A DNA stretch of 27,729 nucleotides from a virus (lineage: Duplodnaviria; Caudoviricetes), in IMG/VR virus record IMGVR_UViG_3300049164_000043, positions 1-27,729 of that record; one strand, given 5' to 3'. Under the pieces are notes generated by a model that was not told the origin of the DNA, ran no database searches, and saw nothing but the letters and a program-made list of their open reading frames with translations. Positions 1 to 8,900 of this stretch are shown one piece after another. How positions within the stretch are numbered: the first letter of the stretch is position 1; each line of letters opens with the position of its first letter. The position numbers and the translations under genes were made by a program.

Positions 1-1011
1 GAGGAGATGGTCGTCCAGTACAAGCCCGGCTCCCTGACGGAGCTGGAGGCCGCGGCCCGCTTCTTCCAGGATGCATGGGGGCGGACCTGGGTCACCCTCT
101 GGACTGAGACCTACGTCTACGAGGTCCCCCTTGGGAAGACGCAATGGGAACAGGGCGTAAGACGACCCAACCCCATGAAGGTCGTTCCGGTAGTTCCGTT
201 CCACAACAGGTCACGGCTCGTTGGTGATCCGTACTCAGACCTTGCCAACGTCATTCCCATTCAGGATGCGATCAACAAGATCACGTCCGATGCCCTCCTT
301 GCCTCCGAGTTTGCCGCTTGGCCGCAGAGGTGGGTTACGGGCCTTGAGATACAGACCGATGAGAACGACAATCCCAAGCCTCCGTATGACGTTGGGGTGG
401 ACAAGCTTCTTCAGGCCGAGAACCCCGAAGTCGTGTTTGGCCAGTTCCAGGCAAGTGACCTGAAGAACTACGTCAATCTGATCAATCTTCTGGTACAGCA
501 CCTCAGTTCTGTATCCAGGACCCCGAGCCATTATTTCCTTGTGAACCAGGGCAATGCGCCCTCGGGTGAGGCCATTATCAGCGCCGAGGCCGGCCTTGTC
601 TCCAAGGTCAAGGAACGGATGCTGTACTTCGGGGAAGCGTGGGAACAGGTCATCAGACTGTGCTTCCGAGTCAAGAAGGACAAGCGGGCTGAGGAATTCT
701 CACTCGAAACCGTGTGGGCCGATCCTGAGTACAGGACCGAAGCCCAGCACATTGATTCACTCTTGAAGCTTAAGCAGCTCAACGTTCCGGAGGAAATCCT
801 TTGGATGCGAGCTGGTTTCACCGCTACCGAGATCCAGGCCTTCCGCGAAATGCGGAAGGAGGACGCTAAGGAAGCGAAGGAAGTTGCTGAGCTTGGGCCC
901 CAGGCCCCTCAGCCTGGTGCACCTGGTGGTGACAAGGCAGCCGCAATGGCAGCCAAGCCCCCTCAGGGCAATTCCGGCAACGTAAGCCGGAAGCTCAACG
1001 AGAAGAAGTAG
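1..1011 (+). CDS. Portal protein, SPP1 gp6-like (5' truncated by window edge)
   Basis: Frame is open from base 1. Motifs VPVVPFHNR, SDLANVIPIQDAINK, EFAAWPQRWVTG and PSGEAI are typical of actinophage gp6-like portals. Lies upstream of scaffold and capsid genes. Confidence 0.9.
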   Translation, partial: EEMVVQYKPGSLTELEAAARFFQDAWGRTWVTLWTETYVYEVPLGKTQWEQGVRRPNPMKVVPVVPFHNRSRLVGDPYSDLANVIPIQDAINKITSDALLASEFAAWPQRWVTGLEIQTDENDNPKPPYDVGVDKLLQAENPEVVFGQFQASDLKNYVNLINLLVQHLSSVSRTPSHYFLVNQGNAPSGEAIISAEAGLVSKVKERMLYFGEAWEQVIRLCFRVKKDKRAEEFSLETVWADPEYRTEAQHIDSLLKLKQLNVPEEILWMRAGFTATEIQAFREMRKEDAKEAKEVAELGPQAPQPGAPGGDKAAAMAAKPPQGNSGNVSRKLNEKK

Positions 1012-1056
1012 CCGACCGAAATGGACGGCTTAGCTCAGACACCGAAATGGGATGAG
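1012..1056 (+). promoter_or_regulatory. Tandem ACCGAAATGG hairpins in the scaffold gene leader
   Basis: ACCGAAATGG at 1015-1024 and 1041-1050, each capping an imperfect stem (CCG-A-CC/GG-A-CGG; CTCA..CC/GG..TGAG). The second covers the translation initiation region of ATG 1060. Confidence 0.5.
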
Positions 1057-1059
1057 AGC

Positions 1060-1623
1060 ATGCCTGAAGAGAGCACGACCGAGACGAGCACCACGGAGAC
1101 CACCATGACGACTGAGACGAACTCTCAGGAGCCGAACCCTCCGTCCACCCTCGAAGAGGCCCTCGCCCTCCTGGAAGAGGAGCGCAAGAGCACTACGAAG
1201 TGGAAGACCCTATCTCGTCAGAATGAGAAGAAGTGGGAAGACGCTTCTGCTGAGCGTGATCAGCTCAAGCAGGCGGGCATGACCGACGCCGAGAAGGCCA
1301 TTGAAGCCGCACGCACTGAGGGCCGGAATTCCGCACTCAGTGAGATCAGCAAGGATCTGATCACCGCGGAGCTTCGTATACAGGCGGCGACTGCCGGCGC
1401 CACGCTGCCTGACTTCAAGTTCCTGAACCTGGACCAGCTTAAGGGGGAGGACGGCCGTCCGAACCCGGACGCTGTTAAGTCCTTTGTCGAGTCTCTTCCC
1501 AAGGCCAAGGAAGAGTTCCCGAACCTTCAGGGTGCAGGCAAGCAGACTGGTGGGGCCCCTGAGGTCACCACCATGGACCCGAACGAGCTTGCAGACCTCA
1601 TTACGGACGGGTCCTTCATCTAG
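1060..1623 (+). CDS. Capsid scaffolding protein
   Basis: Acidic T/E-rich N-terminus, KWKTLSRQNE and MTDAEKAIEAAR coiled-coil motifs typical of actinophage scaffolds, located between portal and capsid. ATG 1060 preferred over 1021. Confidence 0.85.
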   Translation: MPEESTTETSTTETTMTTETNSQEPNPPSTLEEALALLEEERKSTTKWKTLSRQNEKKWEDASAERDQLKQAGMTDAEKAIEAARTEGRNSALSEISKDLITAELRIQAATAGATLPDFKFLNLDQLKGEDGRPNPDAVKSFVESLPKAKEEFPNLQGAGKQTGGAPEVTTMDPNELADLITDGSFI

Positions 1624-1639
1624 TCACGCCCTTTCTGTG

Positions 1640-1666
1640 AGCCCTCCCCCTCCGGAGGGCTTTTTT
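1640..1666 (+). terminator. Intrinsic terminator-like hairpin before the major capsid gene
   Basis: AGCCCTCC-6nt-GGAGGGCT with T6 tract at 1661-1666. Confidence 0.7.
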
Positions 1667-1688
1667 CATGCCCTTTGGAGGCCAATAC

Positions 1689-2777
1689 ATGGCTACTACG
1701 CATCACTTTAATCTCGACCCGAAGCAGGTCACGATTGCCGCGCTGGGTCTTCTTGATCGACAGCTCACCCTTGGCAGTCTCCCGGCCCGCTATTCGGAAC
1801 TGGACTTCACGGGTGGCCTTGGTGACGTGATTAACGTCAACCGTCCGAGCCGCTCCATTCCGGTTCAGGAGACCGGTGTTACGGACATCATCAAGAATCC
1901 CATTACCGGAGACAAGAACGTCTTCGCTGCGTCCTCTGACCGGCCGCTTCCGTCGACTGCTCGTCGGGCCCCGAATGGCTTCATCAACGAAACCAGGTTC
2001 CCGGTTCAGTTGACGACCCTGGCTCAGAATGCTTCGGCTCTGAGCATGGAGCAGGTTGCTTTCGACCTGAAGAAGTTTGGTGGTCAGGTTCTCGCTCCGC
2101 TCACCCGCGGTATGGCTGAGTACTTCGATGACACCATTGCCTCATGGATCAAGGCCAACATCAACCGGACCAGTCTTACCACGGCCCAGAAGAACGCCAT
2201 TGGTGGCGACGTTGATGTCTCCATTCCGGCCTATGACGGTTCCCGCGAGAATATGATGGAGCGCGCTCTTCGTCTCCGTACCGCTTTCGTGGATGCCCGT
2301 CTGGCCCTGCGCCGGGCCAACGTTCCGGATTCGGAGCGCTACGTCATCGCCGGCCCTGAGGTTGAGGCCATTCTTCTGAAAGACCCGGAATTCGTCGCGG
2401 TGGACTATTCCGGCGACACCAACGCCCTTCGTCGGGCCATCATCGGTAGCTACTACGGCTTCGATGTCGTGGTTCACAACAGCTTCGATCTGGAGATGTA
2501 TTTCTTCCACAAGTCGGCTTTCCTTCTGGCCTCCGTCTGCCCGGCTATCCCGATGGGTGCCGTCACCGGCAGCGTCCAGAACGTCAACGGCATCGCTACC
2601 CGCATGCTGGTCGACTACGACTATGACCTCAAGGCGGACACCATCGGCCTGGACACGATGTATGGCTTCACCACCATCAAGGAAGACCCGGACTACAACG
2701 TCCGCGGGACCGTCATTGGTGAGAAGTTCGTCCGTGGTCTGAAGGTGAACATCACCGAGGTTGCTCCTACCCCGTGA
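1689..2777 (+). CDS. Major capsid protein (P22 gp5-like family)
   Basis: GGAGG RBS before ATG 1689. Motifs GDVINVNRP, NVPDSERYVIAGPEVEAILL, ALRRAIIGSYYGFDV and DTMYGF. 362 aa, follows the scaffold gene. Confidence 0.9.
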   Translation: MATTHHFNLDPKQVTIAALGLLDRQLTLGSLPARYSELDFTGGLGDVINVNRPSRSIPVQETGVTDIIKNPITGDKNVFAASSDRPLPSTARRAPNGFINETRFPVQLTTLAQNASALSMEQVAFDLKKFGGQVLAPLTRGMAEYFDDTIASWIKANINRTSLTTAQKNAIGGDVDVSIPAYDGSRENMMERALRLRTAFVDARLALRRANVPDSERYVIAGPEVEAILLKDPEFVAVDYSGDTNALRRAIIGSYYGFDVVVHNSFDLEMYFFHKSAFLLASVCPAIPMGAVTGSVQNVNGIATRMLVDYDYDLKADTIGLDTMYGFTTIKEDPDYNVRGTVIGEKFVRGLKVNITEVAPTP

Positions 2778-2810
2778 CCGAACCCTTCCCTTTGAAGGGA
2801 GGGATGACTA

Positions 2811-3368
2811 GTGGCTTTTGTCACTGTTGAAGAGGTGGCCACCCGTCTTGGGTGGCCCCTTACTCCTGATGAACAGGCTCGGGTCCAGGCCTTCATTGAT
2901 GACTGCACAGCCCTCATTGAGGAGTGGACAGGGAAGGACTTCGAGCGGAGGACGAACCAGTCCTTCCAGCTTCCTGCGATGTGCAGCCGCTTCCTCACTG
3001 TCCCCCGTCGCTACATGCCGTACCTCACGGTGACCGCGGTTGCCTTCGAGGACGGAGTACCCCTGACGGACTGGACGTACAAGAACGGCTGCCTCTACCG
3101 AGAGGCTGGCTGGGACCAGGGACAACTTGTCACGGTCACTGGCTCCTGGGGGTACAGCCCTCTGCCGGCCACACTCAAGGTTGCTACCGCGGCCGAGGTC
3201 ATCCGTTGGATGACCCAGACTCCTGGCCTTGCCATGGAACGGACTGGTGAGAGGGAAGTCGAACTGGACACCTCCGCCAAGCCCCAAGCTCTCTCCGAGG
3301 CAGCCAAGCAGGCTCTACGTCGTTGGAGGCCCTCGGTCGGAACGCTCTCCTTGCGGAGGGCGGACTGA
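2811..3368 (+). CDS. Head-to-tail adaptor
   Basis: MAFVTVEEVATRLG...FIDDCTALI N-terminus typical of gp6/gp15-type adaptors. Strong RBS, GTG start, synteny. Confidence 0.75.
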   Translation: MAFVTVEEVATRLGWPLTPDEQARVQAFIDDCTALIEEWTGKDFERRTNQSFQLPAMCSRFLTVPRRYMPYLTVTAVAFEDGVPLTDWTYKNGCLYREAGWDQGQLVTVTGSWGYSPLPATLKVATAAEVIRWMTQTPGLAMERTGEREVELDTSAKPQALSEAAKQALRRWRPSVGTLSLRRAD

Positions 3369-3697
3369 TGAGCCAGTACGACGAGGTCATTGAGGTCTAC
3401 TCCGCTGCTGAGGTTCAGGGCACCTACACCGTGAAGAGAGACTGGGACCATCCGGTCCTGGTCCTTGCTTCCCGGGCCAGTGTTCAACCTGACCGCGCCT
3501 TCGAAATGCGGTCCCCTGAGAGGGACTTGGCCCAGGTTCGTCTTCATGTCTACATGCCGTACACGGAACTGGTGGACGACCAGAACCGAGTGAAGTGGCG
3601 AGGCGACTGGTACGAGATCGACGGTCCCCCTGGTCTCTGGCCCTACGGCTCTACCCGTCATACGCACCTGCTGATCTGGAGGGCGAAGAACGGATGA
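3368..3697 (+). CDS. Head-to-tail stopper
   Basis: TGATG coupling to the previous gene; ASVQP...NRVKWRGDWYEIDGPP..W......HTHL pattern; synteny. Confidence 0.75.
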   Translation: MSQYDEVIEVYSAAEVQGTYTVKRDWDHPVLVLASRASVQPDRAFEMRSPERDLAQVRLHVYMPYTELVDDQNRVKWRGDWYEIDGPPGLWPYGSTRHTHLLIWRAKNG

Positions 3698-4047
3698 GAG
3701 AGGGAGAGTGCAAGATCACGATGCAGCGTGGTTGGGAGCACCAGATGCTCTCAACACTGGAGGCTGGGGCCCTCGTTGCTGAGGTCACTGGAGAGCTTCG
3801 GAACATGGTTGTCCGAGACGCTCCGAGAGCCAATAACACCAAGACCAACTGGAACCAGATCAAGAAGAACATCTCCGCCTTCGTCGAGAAGGACGCCAGG
3901 GGTTACTACGGCAACGTGACGATCGAATTGAACGACCGTGTTCGGCATGCCCTGCTCCAGGACCGAGGTTGGACCGACCGACGAGGACGCCGGCACCCGG
4001 GCAAGCGGTACCTGCGTGAAGTCCTGCTGAAGGCGAGGATCCAATGA
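3694..4047 (+). CDS. Neck/tail-completion protein (HK97 gp10-like position)
   Basis: ATGA overlap, basic 117-aa protein ending HPGKRYLR, located between stopper and tail terminator. Confidence 0.6.
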   Translation: MREGECKITMQRGWEHQMLSTLEAGALVAEVTGELRNMVVRDAPRANNTKTNWNQIKKNISAFVEKDARGYYGNVTIELNDRVRHALLQDRGWTDRRGRRHPGKRYLREVLLKARIQ

Positions 4048-4430
4048 GTCTCGACCCCATCGCTTCGGTCGTCCAGTTCCTTCGAGGTCTCCCGGACCTG
4101 CCTCCAGGCAGTGTCGTTGGTGACATGAACGCTCGTGAGGTTGGAGACACCACGGTCTACGTAGAGCACAACGGAGGCTACCGAGTTGTCCGAGACTGCA
4201 TGGACCGCGTGTTCGTCTCGTACGAGGTCTACGACCTTGACAGGGAGAAGGCCGCGGAACTGGCCTTCCTCGTGCGGAAGCACCTTCTGACTGGTCTGCG
4301 TGCCGCGACCGTTGGGTCTATGTACTTCCTGGACGCTCACGACGAAGAGCTTCCGAACTACGAGCCTGACGCCAACTCCCGAGAGCACGTCTACTGCGGG
4401 GAAGTGTCCCTGTACTACGCCGAAGCCTGA
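4044..4430 (+). CDS. Tail terminator protein
   Basis: ATGA overlap, acidic 128 aa, directly before major tail gene. Confidence 0.7.
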   Translation: MSLDPIASVVQFLRGLPDLPPGSVVGDMNAREVGDTTVYVEHNGGYRVVRDCMDRVFVSYEVYDLDREKAAELAFLVRKHLLTGLRAATVGSMYFLDAHDEELPNYEPDANSREHVYCGEVSLYYAEA

Positions 4431-4445
4431 GTCCTCACTTCTCCC

Positions 4446-4470
4446 ACGGCCCTTTCGGGGGCCGTTTTTT
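4446..4470 (+). terminator. Intrinsic terminator-like hairpin before the major tail gene
   Basis: ACGGCCCT-TTCG-GGGGCCGT with T6 tract at 4465-4470. Confidence 0.75.
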
Positions 4471-4499
4471 GTTGCCCCCAAAGCCGTTTAGGAGCATCT

Positions 4500-5060
4500 A
4501 TGCCTTCTGGAAATGCTGAAAAGATCCGGTTTGCGCCGGATGGAATGATCTATCTTGCCCCGGTTGGAGGCAGTCTGGTCCTGCCTACCGAGGTTGGTGA
4601 CGGTCTGACCGCACCTGCCGGATTTAAGGCACTTGGATACGTTTCAGAGAATGGGGTGACCATGACCCCCAGTATCCAGACCACGCCGCTCCCGGCCTGG
4701 CAGTCCGCGGCTCCGGTCCTCTACAACGTCGACTCTGCTGCCTTCCAGCTTCAGGCGACTCTGCTTGAGGCCTCGAAGCTCGTCACTGAGACCTTCTTCG
4801 GTGCTGAGTGGCAGGAGGTTGTTGAGGACGTTGCCGGCACTCCGACCCCAACGGGTGAGTACCGACTGAACCTCAGCTCTCTGCCTGAGCTGAAGGAGTT
4901 CGCAATCGTCGTGGACTGGAAGTACAAGGCCATGGTTGCCGAGCGAGGCGCCATCACCCTCCAGCGGACGCAGAGTCAGCAGTTCGAGCTGACGATTGAC
5001 GCCATGGACTCTGACGGCAGCCTCGGCTACGTCCTCACCACGGAGAACATGAGCGCCTGA
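4500..5060 (+). CDS. Major tail (tube) protein
   Basis: AGGAG RBS; motifs IYLAPVG..LP, LGYVSENGVT and AWQS typical of actinophage tail tube proteins; precedes the chaperones. Confidence 0.85.
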   Translation: MPSGNAEKIRFAPDGMIYLAPVGGSLVLPTEVGDGLTAPAGFKALGYVSENGVTMTPSIQTTPLPAWQSAAPVLYNVDSAAFQLQATLLEASKLVTETFFGAEWQEVVEDVAGTPTPTGEYRLNLSSLPELKEFAIVVDWKYKAMVAERGAITLQRTQSQQFELTIDAMDSDGSLGYVLTTENMSA

Positions 5061-5077
5061 TTTTCTGCGCCTTTTAA

Positions 5078-5091
5078 GTTGATTCGAGACC
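5078..5091 (+). promoter_or_regulatory. 14-bp repeat GTTGATTCGAGACC, copy 1
   Basis: Exact copy, preceded by TTTTCTGCGC-N7 and followed by a 7-bp hairpin (5093-5119) and a CT-rich tract. Confidence 0.85.
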
Positions 5092-5159
5092 CTGCCGGGA
5101 GGTCTTCAAAACCCCGGCAACTCTCTCTCTCACTCACTCATTGTTTCCAGGAGACCCCT

Positions 5160-5489
5160 ATGCCTGCTGCGCGCAAGACTGCTGCACCGAAGACCGTGAA
5201 TGCCACGAAGAATGTTGAGGCCGCGGCCGAAGAGGCGGCCGAGGACGACGAGCCCAAGTTCGAAGTGTTCGAGTACAAGGGCAACACCTACAAGGTTCCG
5301 TCTGACCCGAAGGACGTCCCTCTTGAGGTCGTCTACGCCGAGTCTGAGTACGAGATCGTTGAGGAGATCGTTGGTCCGGATCAGTGGCTTGAGTTCCGTA
5401 AGACTCGCCCGACCATCCGAGACTTCGGCAAGTTCTCTGAGCTGGTCTTCGAGGCTGCCGGCTACAACGAGGCTGACGCGGGAAACTGA
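5160..5489 (+). CDS. Tail assembly chaperone (gpG-like)
   Basis: AGGAG RBS before ATG 5160; ends GCG GGA AAC TGA at a slippery site. Confidence 0.85.
   Translation: MPAARKTAAPKTVNATKNVEAAAEEAAEDDEPKFEVFEYKGNTYKVPSDPKDVPLEVVYAESEYEIVEEIVGPDQWLEFRKTRPTIRDFGKFSELVFEAAGYNEADAGN
5480..5486 (+). other. -1 programmed ribosomal frameshift site GGGAAAC
   Basis: X XXY YYZ heptamer just before the stop. The -1 frame is open from 5480 (GKLILTVRAFQEYRDELM...) into ORF 5531-5908. Confidence 0.9.
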
Positions 5490-5908
5490 TCCTGACCGTC
5501 CGTGCTTTTCAGGAGTACCGGGATGAACTCATGGCGGATCTCCGTGAGTTCTTTCATGTGAACCTGAATGACTTCGAGCACGGGCGGTTTCCCGTTCGGG
5601 ACCTGGTGGCGTTCGTCAAGTCCCTGATGCGCAAGCCGGGACGCTCCACACTTCTCATGGCGATTGATGAGACGGCTGTATGGACTCCCGAGATGTATGT
5701 CATGGCTCGGATCTCTGATGCTGCCGAGTTGAACAACTACCTCTTCATTCAAGCCAATCAGGCTGAAGACGCAGAACCTATCGAGGTTCCGCAGCCGATC
5801 CAACGTCCTGGTGAGCCGGACGTTCCCGTGCAAGAAAAGCCCAAACCAGAGGAGTTCGCGTCTGGCCAAGAAGTGGCCGCGTGGTTCGGCAAGATGAATA
5901 GTCTGTAG
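5480..5908 (+). CDS. Tail assembly chaperone frameshift extension (gpGT = 5160..5908)
   Basis: Continuous -1 frame; ADLREFFHVNL and IQRPG motifs typical of actinophage gpT; directly before tape measure. Confidence 0.85.
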   Translation, partial: GKLILTVRAFQEYRDELMADLREFFHVNLNDFEHGRFPVRDLVAFVKSLMRKPGRSTLLMAIDETAVWTPEMYVMARISDAAELNNYLFIQANQAEDAEPIEVPQPIQRPGEPDVPVQEKPKPEEFASGQEVAAWFGKMNSL

Positions 5909-5916
5909 GAGGCCGT

Positions 5917-8900
5917 ATGGCTACGACTGGCAGCGGCCGGGGACCCATCAAGGTCGGAAGCGGCTACATCGAAGTCTTCCCCAAGATTGACCAGAAGCGT
6001 CTTCGTGAGGCCAGGGCCCAGCTCGAAAAGCAGATGGGAGCCTCTGGTAAGAGGGCTGGAAAGGCCCTCTCCGAAGGCATCTCAACTCAGTTGGCCAATG
6101 TCCCGAAGAAGGTCGCTCAGGCCTCTCAGAAGGCCCAGAAGGAGCTTCAGAAGGGTGCTGAGGACTCCAAGAAGGTCCTGAAGCGCATTGAGCAGGAGAT
6201 TACTGCTGCCCACGGCAAGGAGGCGGGTAAGAGGTTCCGTGAGGCCGCCGAGCTGGAGAAGAAGAAAAAGAAGCTCCTCGAAGGCACCTCTGCCGAGACT
6301 CGTCGGGCCCTTCAGACGACTCTCAGGGAAGAGCAGGCTGCTGCTCGAACGACTGCACAGGCTTGGCAGACCGCGGAGCGGGAGCGCATCCGGTTCATTC
6401 AGGACCGTCAGCGTGCTGCCGAGAGGGCAGCACGGGAAGAGGCTGCTGCTCAGCGCAGGGCACAGCAGCAGATGCGCGAGGAGATCCGACGCACTCTTGC
6501 TGAGGCTCGCACTGCTCGTCTGGCAGACCTTCGGGCCCAGATGGATGGGCACCGGGACCAGGCCACGGCTCTTCGGAACCAACTCAGGGACTATCGCCGG
6601 CAGATGCAGGACCATCAGCGGTCCATTGGCCGCGGTCTGACTGACCTGCGTACCGGTTGGCGCCGGCAGGGCGAGGCCATTGAGCGTCTCGGCACCAACA
6701 TCACTGAGACTGGCCGACTGGTCACAATGAATCTCCTCGGTCCCCTTGGGGCCGTCTCAACGATGCTGTCCACCATCGGTGTTAAGTCCGCGGACATGCG
6801 GATCCTGGGACAGATGGGTCTTTCTGCGGCTGGAGTCTCCAAGCAGACTTCCGCCAAGCAGATGTTTGATCTCCAGCAGTACGCCATTAACACCCCCTTC
6901 AGCATCGACACGATGCACGAGTACCAAATGAAGCTCATTCGCTCCATCGCGGGCAATGACAATGAGTGGTACAAGAAGAACACCAAGGGCAAAGCAGCCA
7001 ACCGAGCTGCCGAGAAGACCACTGACATCATCATGGCCATTGGTGACACGATGGCTCGGGCTGGAAACCTGGACCCGGAGATGTTCAAGCGTGCCATGTA
7101 TGCGACTGACCGCATCATGGACATGGACAAGGCCCCAACTCGTAACATCAACCAGCTCGTTCAGGCCACCGGTATTCCTGCCGGTGAACTTGCCCGGATG
7201 TTCGGCTTCTCCACTGCCGGCGACTTCTGGAAGCAGGTTGGTACGCCCGTCGCCAAGGGTGGCGGCATCTCGGGTCAGGACATGATTAACAACCTCCTTA
7301 GAGGTTGGGACCCGAACTACTTCGTCATGGGCAAGGATGGTAAGCCCAAGATTGACCCGAAGACGGGTCAGCCCATTGTGAATCAGGGTGCACACAGCAC
7401 TGCTGGGGGCTCACTCGGCTACGGCGAGAAGATGACCTCCGCCACCATCACTGGCCGGATATCCCAGCTCAAGGAGCGTGCTCAGTACGAGCTTGGTTCT
7501 CTCTTCGCTACAGAGGACGAGAAGACGGGTGAGTACAAGTACACCGGCCTTGGCCAGGCCATCATGGGTAAGGCCACTGGCAAGGACGACAACGGGAACA
7601 CCATCTATGAGGGTGGTCTGCTTCAGAAGGTCCAGGAGCTTGGAGGCGACCAGAAGGACAACGTCTCGACTCTCCTCCAGACCTTCTTCTCTGCCATTGG
7701 CACGTTCGTTGACCAGATCCAATGGTTCTCGGACTGGCTGAACGCTCATCCGCAGGTCAAGGAAGTCTTCGCCAACCTCCTGAAGATGGCCGCGGCTGCA
7801 CTCCCGTTCATCATCGCCATGGGTCTTCTGACCAAGACGTTCGGCAAGCTGAACAAGATTCTGGCTGCGGCGCTTTCACCTCTGGCAGGCATGTTCAAGA
7901 GCATGCAGGGAGCCGTGCGGACGGGCCGTCAGGTCCGGGCCGGCATGCAGGCTCGTAGAGAGGGTGGTTCCTTCCGAGAGGGTTACCGGGACCGTCGCAC
8001 CGAGCTGCGTGGCGGAGACTCCCGCGGTCCTCTGGCCCGTACCCGTGACAGGGCTACCGGTCGGAACTCGAACCTGGACAACCTCCGGGGCCAGGTCCGG
8101 GACACCGAGGATGCCATCAGGCAGACCGAGGAGAGCATCACCGACCTCCAGCGCCAGATCCGAGAAGTCAACAGCGTCTCTATCCGTCAGCTCGTGGACC
8201 GGTTCGCCGGCACGGGCAACAGCAGCCTCCAGGGTGCCGCTCAGGGGGCTGGGGGTCAGGTCAACAACGTTACGACCCAGGTCAACCAGCTCAACCGAGC
8301 TGGTCTCGGCACTGTCTCTGGTGAGGTCAACGGCCTCCAGGAGAAGGTGCGGAACCTGCTCCAGGGCGTGAGGGATGTCAACTCCTCTGTTGAGTCCCTG
8401 GACGGCAAGAAGCTCACCTCCTTCAAGGTCAGCATCGACGGGGCTCACGGCACGGTCACCGATCTGAAGAACAAGATCGACGACACGGCCCACTCGGTTG
8501 GACAGCTCAACGGGAAGGGACTCGGCTCCCTCCGGGAGCAGTTCCAGGACACGACCAAGACGGCATCCTCCACCGAGAAAAAGGTGAAGGACGTCCGTAG
8601 CCGGGTGACCAGCCTCAACGGGGCAGGGCTCGGAAGTGTTCGGAAGCAGTTCTCTCAGCTCACGTCTGCTGCCAACGAGACCTACAAGACGGTCGGGACT
8701 ACCAAGTCCGGTGTGAACGGCCGGATCACCACTCTCAATGGTCGTTCCCTGAAGAGCATCACCAAGCAGGTCAACGACCTCAAGGGAGCCCTCGATGGGG
8801 CTGCTGACAAGGCCGGCTCCCTCAACTCCGGTATCCGGGACGTCAACAGCAACTCGTCCCTCGGAGGAAACGGAGGAGGCAAGGGCAAGGGGAAGCGGTC

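Noticed and set aside
1071-1120. STTET repeats in the scaffold N-terminus
   Set aside because: Ordinary low-complexity region for scaffolding proteins.
5121-5140. CTCTCTCTCT-CACTCACTCA microsatellite as a phase-variation tract
   Set aside because: Short and intergenic; length change would alter no reading frame or evident promoter spacing.
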